DNA of 62,876 nt, the filler included, from Sluysia triapertura (lineage: Eukaryota): the NCBI GenBank assembly GCA_046118255.1. It is 5 parts of 5 records of this genome, joined end to end, with 100 filler letters (N's around TTAATTAATTAA, not from the genome) between each part and the next. Parts side by side here need not be neighbours in the genome. Positions count along the whole stretch, not along the records: positions 49,385 to 62,876 come from JBJNIA010037259.1; 4 more parts are not named here. One strand, given 5' to 3'. Shown here in pieces: positions 52,765 through 62,876 of the stretch (positions are counted from its first letter, which is position 1; the number at the start of each line of letters is the position of its first letter). A program made the translations under genes and the position numbers. The notes under the pieces were generated by a model. That model was not told where the DNA came from. It made no database searches and saw only the letters and a list, made by a program, of their open reading frames with translations.

Positions 52765-53498
52765 ATTAGCTTTCCTTCTAAATTCATAAGTAAAATCTCA
52801 AAAGGTTGAATCTTTTCTACATTTAAACCGTATCTTTCTGGATCTTGTTTAGCAGAGGTAAAAATCCTCTTATATGATTCCCAGTAATCAGAAAACGCAC
52901 TAGGATTTATGAGATTAGCATCAAATGATATTAGAACAAAAAATAAGGACGACATTGTTTTATGTATAGTCTTAAATTTTAAGTTAGATGCATCACTCAA
53001 GAAAGCTTAATGACTTGATTTTGTGTCCAATCCAGTGAGTTGTATTGTTTTTTAATACCTTCATTCGCGCGGTTAACGTAACTCATTATATTGTTTAACG
53101 TTGGCGTAAACGTATCCATCATGACGGAACATATAACAATTCATCATCTTTTGGTTTTTTACATTCACGACAAAGCTGGTAGAAGTTTAATGAGCTTCTT
53201 TTAACAAATATTCCATTTCAGAATACACAGTAGATAAAACAATTACTTTATTAAAAATATTATTATCAGAATTAACCAAGCTAAGAAATGTAGTAGACTC
53301 ATAACAATCGTAATTCATTTTAATTGGTTATAAATAAGAATCAATATTAAATTTTCCATAGCCTTCATGAATATCTATTTGTTCATCTATATGTTTATTA
53401 AATTCGGATAAAAATGGTTCATATTATCGCTTAACATTTTCTTCAGCTGATTTGAATGAACCATCGTTGAATTTTTCAAACTTCCATTCATTATACAT
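52765..53498 (-). pseudogene. WASHC4: WASH complex subunit 4 (SWIP/KIAA1033) N-terminal fragment
   Basis: MYNEWKFEKFNDGS; PIKMNYDCYESTTFLSLVNSDNNIFNKVI; FKTIHKTMSSLFFVLISFD...DYWESYKRIFTSAKQDPERYGLNVEKIQPFEILLMNLEGKL align with roughly the first 260 residues of WASHC4. Frameshifts and stops. Confidence 0.88.
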
Positions 53499-53619
53499 AT
53501 TACAATTGTTTTTATTTTTGTCCACGAAAAAATATTAAAAAAATTGTTTTTAATAAAATTTCTTACAAATTATCGCATCTATCGATAAAGTTTTATTTCT
53601 AGCCATTATTAAAACTAAT

Positions 53620-54639
53620 TTGTGTACTGTCACTGGCTGACCAATCAGAGTAAGAGTTGATGAAGTATTTGTAATTTTAGTTGGTCAGCTAGTAAAAGTG
53701 TTAATCAATAATAATGCGATGATGATGTGTGATTAACTGTCATCAATTGACAGTTAACAAAGTAACACAAGAATGATTTTTAAAAGGAAGATGAAGGCAT
53801 CAACCAAATTTTACAAATAATTGCAAATACACTTAATTAATGATGATTATAATAAAAATTAATTGATGATTAAAATAAAATTTTAAATTAAAGCATAAAT
53901 TCTTTTCTTAGACGTAAAACATGAGCTTTCTATTGTTTATTTTTGTTATTCTGGACATAATTAAGATATATTTATTACTATAATTGTTATAGAAGATGAA
54001 TGTTAAAAGGTGGTGAACTTGTAATGTTTTAATTCGTGCTTTTACATTTACAATGAAATTTAGCTGTTATTTGACTGTTATTCTAATTCTGTAAGGTAAT
54101 GGATGAATGTTTTACAAGAAATTTTTAACGTTTTAAACTATAAAATGATTTTGATGAATCTGAACGAAATAAAATATGGTGACGATTTTAATGCCTTTTA
54201 AAGTAATTGTAAGATGCAAAGGAATGTGGTTATGGTTATGCTGTTATAGGACTATGAGTAAAATATTTATTATTAATTATTTGATGTTTGTTATTACTCT
54301 GAAAGTGTATGTACTTTTATGTTATGAGTATGAAATAAGGATGTTTTGAACAGGTTAGGATAAAGTTTTAGTGGGAGTAGAGGAAACAAAATGTAGATAG
54401 GTTTAGATGTCATGGAATGTGATTTTAGGTGAAGTGTGTTGAATTAAATTTAAAATATTTCGATTAATTTTTAAAGTACTTCTTTGTTGATTTTCGATGT
54501 TGAGTATGATTTGGATGATATGAGATTTCGTGTTTAGATTGTTTGGAGGTATTACAAATTGTGAAATGTTCTGAATTGTGATTTTACTATATATTGTTAA
54601 AATAAAATAAAATTTTAAAATATTGAGTTGACCACCACA
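53620..54639 (-). repeat. C/A-rich leader repeat, subfamily R1, copy C, with hairpin/CCAAT module
   Basis: Starts tgtggtggtcaact; gaaagctcatgt and aagaatttatgc (53893-53930); hairpins 53733-53757 and 53632-53644/53681-53693. Confidence 0.75.
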
Positions 54640-54899
54640 TGGTTCAGCCTCAGTATGCGGGTTACTTTCTATGGAGAGACCGTACATATTTATAATAACA
54701 GTATTTTTAATTAATGATAATAATTTTAATTATGACAACAATAAAAATAATATTAATAATAAGAATAGCAATTTCAATAATTATAATAACAATTGTGATT
54801 GTTAATATAATTACAATAATAACAATGATAATAATAAAAGATTCGTTAAGTTGATTAATATTTTATTGTTTAGATTTTTCTCAATTTTAAACCTAGTTA

Positions 54900-55299
54900 A
54901 ATTGTTTAAAGTTAAAATTAAAATGTTTATTGTTACTCTTTTCGATAATTGTTAAATAAAATAACGCTCTCATTAAAATGATGTCAGGATAATTATGATA
55001 AATGATAATTGTAATTATTATAATAATAATTGTATCAATAACGATAACAATTATGAGAATAAATGCGTAATTTAATGTGATAATGTTGATAGAGTTATAG
55101 TGATATGAAATTATTATGAGAGTCATTATTGTGGTAAAAGTTATGATAACAAAAACATAACTAATGATAATTATATACAATGACCATGTTTACGTTTTGA
55201 ATGACTCGAGTAATTTGTTTAGTGCTTTGTTTATGTAAGAAATGTTCATTTGTGATGAAATGTGTTTGTGATTTTGATATGAAAATGTGGAGTTCACTA
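54900..55299 (-). repeat. C/A-rich leader repeat, subfamily R2
   Basis: Aligns with 14088-14290 and 7310-7430. Starts tagtgaactccac. Confidence 0.72.
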
Positions 55300-57599
55300 A
55301 ACAAATAATGAGAATGATTTGAACGAGTAGTATATATCGAAATGTTAATACTACAATTGGGTTAGGTATGCAATATTTAAAACATTTTCTATTAATGTTT
55401 ACCAATGAATAATAGAATATTATAACATAGTTTTATAGAAATTGATATCTGAAATAAGAATAAAAATAGTAATGAAAAGAAATTTTGATAATAGATCAAT
55501 TTTTGTTTTTAATGATCATAATTGAACCTAACACAAAACTGCCATTGTCACTTGAAGTTCACAGATCATTACTGAAAATTGAACATATAATAATGAATTA
55601 AAACTGAAATTTAAGTGTAATAAATACAATGGTTTTAAAATAAAACAGCACAATTTTTTAATTACTTATTTAATAATTTTTATTACCTATTTTCATTATT
55701 GAAAACATTGTTCAATGTAAATTTCAAAATATTACAATGACGATACGATGACATCTACATTATTATATCCTTGAAGTTTATGCAATTTTTTTATCGTAGA
55801 AATTTTATTTTATATATATTTTTTTCATTACAAAAATAAAGTATTATTGGTAAAGTACATTGGTAAAGGAATTAGATTGCAAAATTTCTAAGTATCTAAC
55901 AAAGAATATAATGTATAAAGTTTAAATCAACTTTTTAATTGAAAGAAAATAGAATTCAGAATATCAGTTAACTTTTTTATATAACAGTGACAGAAAATAT
56001 TGATTTTATTATAATTTGGTGTGTTGCGTTATTAGCTGTATTATTATTTACAGTTATTATTTTAAACTTCTGTAAAACTTCAATAAAATAATTTTATACA
56101 GAAGCGATTTATTTTTGCCGCTTTAATTTTCTCTCCACGCAGTCTTTAATGATAAACTTATTAATATAATTATGGACAATTAAAAATATTAGTTCACAAC
56201 CAACAAAATTAAATTCATTAAGTATGAAATTGTTCTCGATAATACTTGGAAATGTATAAAAATTTCATTGTTTTAGATTCATATTAACTAATTTTTTATT
56301 TTTTGTGTTTTTCGAAATTTATCATTGTTTTAACGTTTAATTATTCTTTTTCGTCTTAATATATGAACAATTGTTGATATCATTGAAATGCGGCCACATC
56401 TCGAATTCATTGAATTCGTTACAATAAAATGGATGTAATTATTCTCTAAAAAGAAACAAAATTTCAAATTGAATCATGAAATAGTCACCGTACATATAAA
56501 TATGTCAAAAAAATAATTTAGTTTAAAAATCGAATTGAAGGCAAATATTTTTAAGTTTTAAAAGTTCGATCATTATTTAATTAGCAAAATCGTAATAAAA
56601 ATGTGTTTGGAATGAATTATAAATTGGTAATTTTTGAAAAGTCAAACGCAAAAACATTTAATTATAATTCAGAAATTTTCTATAAATTAGATGAATAATG
56701 AATTTATTTCTACCGAGAAAATATTTTCAGAAAGCATTTTAATTTATTGTTGTATTTTTTTCTATACATTTATAAGTAAGGGGACAATATTAGCAATATC
56801 AAATAACTCACGAAAATAAGTAAAATTTTATTTTTTTACAATAATTATTTTGTTTTATGTTAATGAAAATAATACAATTTATATATTTGAAATTTCAAAG
56901 TAACAAGAATTTGAAAACATACAATAGTTAAACAAACAAACAAACCCAATAATCTGAGTTAGAAATATTCGAAAACGAGATAGAAATCATAAAAAGGTGC
57001 TAGATCGCCTAAATTGTTTAATGTAATTACTAATAAAGACAAAAGTTCTTAGGACATATTGGTGATATTGAACTTTATCCGGAAAAGTAGAGGCTATCGT
57101 TATTTATGCAATCCAACTAACCACGCGGCTATAGAATAAATTAGTTAGGCAAATAGAATGTTTATATTTATATTTTGTGATATTACAAAAGTAGCCAACC
57201 ATTTATATATCTATCATGTAAACTATGTGACGTTACAATTAGAAATACAATAGAAAAGGTGCGGAACATTTTAGATTACTACTGATTGATATTAACTGAT
57301 AATATCAGATAGTGGTATTATTGAATAATTATATTCTCTCTAGAGGACGTAATTTCAGATAATATATCAAGATTCCAATTTCACTAGATAGAAAATCAGA
57401 CTGTGTAGATGATTCTGATACGATAAATCTTATAGACAAACATTTTAATTCCATCGAGAGAAATCATAATGTCAATCTGTTTATATAACTTCCACTGTTA
57501 TTATATTAAAAATCTTAACTTTATTAAAATTGTTTAAATATTCATATTGTTGTTAAATTCAATTTACAATCTTGTAATAAATGTTGAAATTTTTGCAAC

Positions 57600-57910
57600 G
57601 TACGACATTATTGGTGAAACATGTCAAAACACTTATCCCAAAGTGAAGGTAATTGCGCAAAAATCATTACGGGTTTTCATAAAGATAAACCCACAACAAA
57701 GTACTCGATCATTAATAATTAATCTTGGGATTTCACAATCAACGGTAATATATCAGTTACATTCAACAGGTAAGCAAGTAAGTAGGCTTAAAGAATTGTA
57801 CCAATATTTAAACTAACAGAATCTCAGAAATGGAATTTATGAAATCCTATTAGAAAATCCACTAGATAAAAGATTTTTCAAGCGAAATGTTATCTGATGC
57901 ACAAAAAGAA
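57600..57910 (+). mobile_element. mariner (Mos1-like) transposase relic
   Basis: LRVFIKINPQQSTRSLIINLGISQSTVIYQLHSTGK...ILLENPLDKRFFKR, the second HTH and linker of mariner transposases. Confidence 0.75.
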
Positions 57911-59992
57911 ATAGTTACAGAAATAGTTAATACTAAAATAAATTAATTATAAGTAATATTTAATTTAAGTCAAATTTAATATTAGTGTTTATGATTAATT
58001 TTAATTTTTTGCTTTAATATAAGATTGGCAAAAAAATGGAATTTAGAGTTTTTATTTGTGTTTATCCGACTACAACTTTCGGTTATTTGAACACATTTAT
58101 ACAGTCGCATGTTCGGGTAATTTGATCAAGTTAAAGAAACGTCTTAAAAATCTTCTTGATTCAAATCTTAAAAATCTATAAATCGCACATACTTATGCTT
58201 AGAGTAACAAATATAACTTTAGAATTGTCTATAATATTCCATGTTTAAAATTAACTTTAAGAGCGATGCTTTATATTAAACGTATTTTTACATATATATT
58301 TAAAATGAAGTTTTAGAAATAAGATTTTATTTATCTATTTATGAGAGTTTTTAAAATTTTAATTAATATTTCACGTGTATTTAAAGCGAGATTTCCAAAA
58401 GGCGATAACTAAATACAATCGATAATTAGTATTTCTCACAAACTAATAAAATATACACGACATAAATAGAATACTTATAAAATTTTACAAATTTAAAGAT
58501 TGTATATCTTCAAATGTATATTTTATTTTAAAATATATATTGTATATATATTGTAAAAATATATATTGTAAATATATTGTATATATATTTTAAAATGAAT
58601 TTTATAGAGCTATTTAAAATGCTCTTTAGAAATACGAAGTATAGTCAAACAACTGACGAGAATTAGGCCTGCCAATGAATTGGATGTATCCAGCTTCATT
58701 GAAGTAGTTGAAGTAATTTATGCTAATTTTAATATTTGAGACAATTAATTAAAATAACATTTAAAATAACAAAATAACTTTCCAGGCCTTTACCTTGTTC
58801 AACAAAATTCGAACTGAGCTTAAGGCTCTTAATTATGAACTCAAACATAAATGAAAACTTAGAAATTCAAAATAAGACTTCAGATCTATTTTATTATCAT
58901 AGACTTTAAAAATGTGAATTATAAGAAATCATTTTCAGACTCTGATTTGAAAATAAATTTTTAAAAAATCGAATATGTAGCAAAACTTGGTTAGGATATA
59001 TAAATAATTTGTGCCCATTCTTATGTTTTTTGTTATTTTATTTGGATAATTCCCTAAAAATTTGGAAATTTTAAAGGTTAACTCCTTAAGCTTCTCAGAT
59101 TAGGAATTTCATCAATACATTTCAAATGATAATTAGTCAAACTAAGTTCTTTAATTAAATAAGGTATTTGTATTAGGATTAGGTTTATCCTTAAACATTG
59201 TTGACACATATTGTGATTTAACAAAGAGTGAAATAATATTAAAACACAAAGAAAATTATAGAATGTATAATAATAATAGGAAAAATATTAATATTGTTAA
59301 TATCTAAACTAAAATCTAAAAATAGAACTTCTTGTCTATAAATAATGTGTGTTCATAGAAAATAAATTAATAATGTAATAATATGTTAATCGATTTCTCT
59401 AAACATAATGTAATAACAGTTTTCATATTCTAAAAATAAATATTTTAAATAATTCTTTTAAAAAATGGTATTATTATTATTTATTATTATCATTATTTTT
59501 ATTATTTTGTTATTAATCTTTATTTATTGTATCAAAATCATTATTAATATTATATTTTTTCTATTAATAACTTAATCTTGCAAAATAAAACCGTCAAGGT
59601 CACAAAATTATATATATATACGTATTTGCTCAAATTTGCACAATTATACATGTGAAACTTGCTTACGAATCTCTTTATGGAAGTTGTTTCAAAATCTGAA
59701 CGTCGGATATTACCTTACAAAATTTATCTAGTATTTTACTTTGGACACATTCGACTTCGATTTTGCGGCCGTTCACTGAAAAAACCTATTTGTCTACTGG
59801 AGTGATTATTATAAATAACTGTTAGTTTGATTTATTAGGTTTCTTTTCAATTTTAAATGACGGTAAACTTTGCACTTAATTTTACTATAACCATTTTTTC
59901 ATAAGCCCCTTTCTTTTTAAGAGGGAGGTAATACATTATAGAAATAAAATAATTACAAAAAGATTATATTATAATCTTAACAAGTTGAATAT

Positions 59993-59995
<3 letters not shown>

Positions 59996-60039
<44 letters not shown>
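59996..60039. repeat. (TA)n microsatellite
   Basis: Seen directly. Confidence 0.95.
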
Positions 60040-60041
<2 letters not shown>

Positions 60042-62323
60042 CCTGTTGTATAAACTTACATTTTTTAAATAATATACTTTTGATTTTAACTGATTTTTTA
60101 TTTATTGTCTCACATAAGGTCGTCGATTTTATTCGGTTGAAAATTCCACTTAAATTTTATAAAAGAAAGATGAGAAATTAAGAAACACCGTTTTTGAAAT
60201 ACGGTTGTAAAATCTACCTAAAATATCATTTGAATTTATTTTGATATATATAATTCTTTAAACGTTTCTTGTTATGTAATAAAAAGCCTGAATTAACATT
60301 AAATAAAATATACCAGCTTTGCCCAAAAGGATTTTAATTTTAAAGAGCCGATAATAGCATTACATAGCATATTAGCTTTACCCAAAAAGCATAATCGATT
60401 TAATATACTTCCATATAAGTTCTTCTAAAATACTACTTACAACTTAGCCCTTAAGTGTGTAAGTCTAAGATTGTAAGGAATTCACAAGCATAGCATAAAT
60501 TAAATCAGATTTATGCATTTAAAAAATCAATAATATAAAATAAATTAATAAAAAATTGTAATAAAAATAATAAAATTATTTAATATTAATGTTTACTACC
60601 TATTAAAGGATTTGAGCTTGGATGAAGGAAAAGTTCTTGAAGGTGTGAAAGTGTATAGAAATGTGAAAATGAAATTATGAGTAATTGGATCCGACGTAAC
60701 AGATTTGTGTAAATTTTTGAAATGATTGATCACCGCACTATTCGCTTAATTCGCTTTGTCAACTAATTGATTAGTACCAAAATTCTAATTTTGCTATCGA
60801 TTGTTAACAAAAAACTCCAGTCTTGTGATTTTACATAAGATTTATATTACAATCTTGTCGCAATACACTCTTCTGTGAATATTACAAATGTTAGTGGCAA
60901 GATAAATTATGCTCTTTACAAATTGATGCACTATTTATAGTGCTTTATTTAATTATTGACATTACGTCATCATTTATATCCTTTGACGACCTTAAATATC
61001 ATTTACAAAGACTAGAGGCCTATAGCAGCGGCAAGAGGAGTCGTTAAAATGACTTTAGTTGTTGAGGACGCTCCACTTTTCGGCGAATCCACTCCTGCTC
61101 TACGATGATTTTATCTCATCTAAATCGCTTCTGTAATTCGTGTAGAGGCACAGGTTTTCCTACATTTATTGCGTTACTTTTTCCCATACGAGATTAGGAA
61201 CCGATTTCTTTTCTCTCCAATCTCTATAAGGAAGACACAGCATGTTGTGTGTTGGTTCGCTGGAACATCTTTTGCACATGTTCCAGAGAAATTAGTCTTT
61301 GTGGCTTTCCACTATTCCTTTGATTTTTATGATAAGCTGCAAATAATACAACTTACTTGCAATCCATAATGAAGTTAAGATTTTGCCACATTGTAGAATT
61401 CGAAACTACTTGAAAGACATGCACAGAATGTGCGAAATCCAGCAATACTTCATGGGTTTATACGCGACAAGATCCTCGTGTCACTTAACCATAATCTTGT
61501 AATTGCGAATTCCTTTCGGGCGGCTTAAATGGATCATTAATTTTCCGGCTGTCGATTTGCTGGTTCGAGCTACACAAACCTTCAAGGTACTCTATCCTAC
61601 CTTACCACGCTTTTCTTGTTCGCGAATGGCAGATGAACTGATAACTCTTCTCGATTTTATTAGATTAAACGACCTTTCCTTTTTACCTCTATGCTAATCT
61701 CCGCCTCCTTCTCTCTTTACAACTCCGGCCACAGGTTCTAGCAGTATGTTTCATCACTTTTACAGAGGACAGAACACGCATCTTCATCAACACCAATAAT
61801 GACAACACAGAAAAGAATCAACAGTTTCTGGCAGAGGTGAATGTAGATCTTGATGACGAATAATCAAGAACGTGCAGTCATCATTTTTATAAACTAATTA
61901 CATCGACATCATCGTTAATCTATATATTATATAAATATGTATTGGCGTCTATTTATTTTGGTATTTTTTACAAGGAATTAGATACTATTTCTTTTGGTGC
62001 TCAATCAATTCATTTTTGGTAGTTAAATAATTTATTATTCGGTGATCAAACGATTATTTTGGCGTTTATTCCAGCTACTACTATTCTCCAATTTGGTTCC
62101 AGTGATATTCGATTGAATTTGATTTTCAATTTTGGCTGATTTAATAAATTATCCGTAAGTTTTTTATGATAAGTTCTATTTCTGTTAAGGAATACAATAT
62201 CTTACGTAAAATCTCAAATTGCAAGTTTAGTTTAGGCTAAACACAAAAATCATTTCTAAAATCATTAAAAGGTACTAGAAGTAATTCTAGTAATAATAAA
62301 TCATAATTATTATTATTATTATG

Positions 62324-62367
<44 letters not shown>

Positions 62368-62804
62368 CCTTAGTAATTTGTTGTTTTTAACCATTTTATA
62401 CTTGTCTGTTTAATAATACATCTTAGAATTTTGGAAAAACAATTTACTAGGTTTACTATTATTAACTTCGCAAATTGTACGCCTACGACAAACGGTTTAA
62501 TTGTGTCCAAAATGTAAAAGTGAGTCTATTATATATTATATGTAAGTGTTGATGAAATGAATAATAATTATTTATTTTTAGCAAAATCTAGTCAGATGAG
62601 GTTAATTTTTTATTACTAATTATTTTAGGTAAGAAATATTATTTCAGGCAACCAGAAGAAATTGGGTTAAATAAGGTGAGCTAGTTATTCTATTGTTTAA
62701 TTTTATTTAGAAAATTCCGGTTAATTAAGTTAATTTAATATTTCTTCTTATTATTTTAACCTTATCGTTATTATTTTAATTTCAGCTGCTGGTTGACAAT
62801 TTCA

Positions 62805-62876
<72 letters not shown>
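62805..62876. repeat. (ATT)n microsatellite at the window end; (AAT)n also at 1-35 and (ATT)n at 62305-62367
   Basis: Seen directly. Confidence 0.95.

Noticed and set aside
62582-62675. Possible micro-exons (GKKYYFRQPEEIGLNK|gtgag)
   Set aside because: Splice phases do not join consistently and the pieces are too short to identify.

Overview
This is very AT-rich animal (metazoan) genomic DNA, roughly 20-25% GC by eye. It consists of five pieces joined by 100-nt artificial N44-TTAATTAATTAA-N44 linkers. Apparently genuine spliced genes are sparse: the last three exons of a cyclic-nucleotide-binding-domain (CNBD2-like) gene, one intact kinesin-II (KIF3A-like) exon, and the first three exons of a Par-3/Bazooka-like gene with 33- and 60-nt introns. 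The rest is a graveyard of decayed transposons (a pogo/Tigger element with TIRs and TA target duplication, a second Tigger, mariner, piggyBac, Ty3/gypsy, L2/CR1, an RLE-type LINE), (AAT)n microsatellites and an anticodon-less tRNA-Ala relic. The most unusual signal is a dispersed, diverged repeat family with about eight copies in two subfamilies. Well-preserved copies start with TGTGGTG(G/A).. and continue with a C/A-rich strand. Subfamily R1 then has a conserved GAAAGATCATGT...AGAATTTATGC block and, in three copies, a TGACAG/CCAAT hairpin module. Most copies are immediately followed by 0.6-2.3 kb of decayed coding sequence: two paralogues of an orphan gene, a WASHC4/DEAD-box helicase chimera, a SERINC fragment and others. 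One copy interrupts the Tigger transposase, showing it was mobile. I infer a gene-fragment-capturing (Pack-type) mobile element family of unresolved class. All protein assignments come from hand translation and remembered family motifs, not from database searches.
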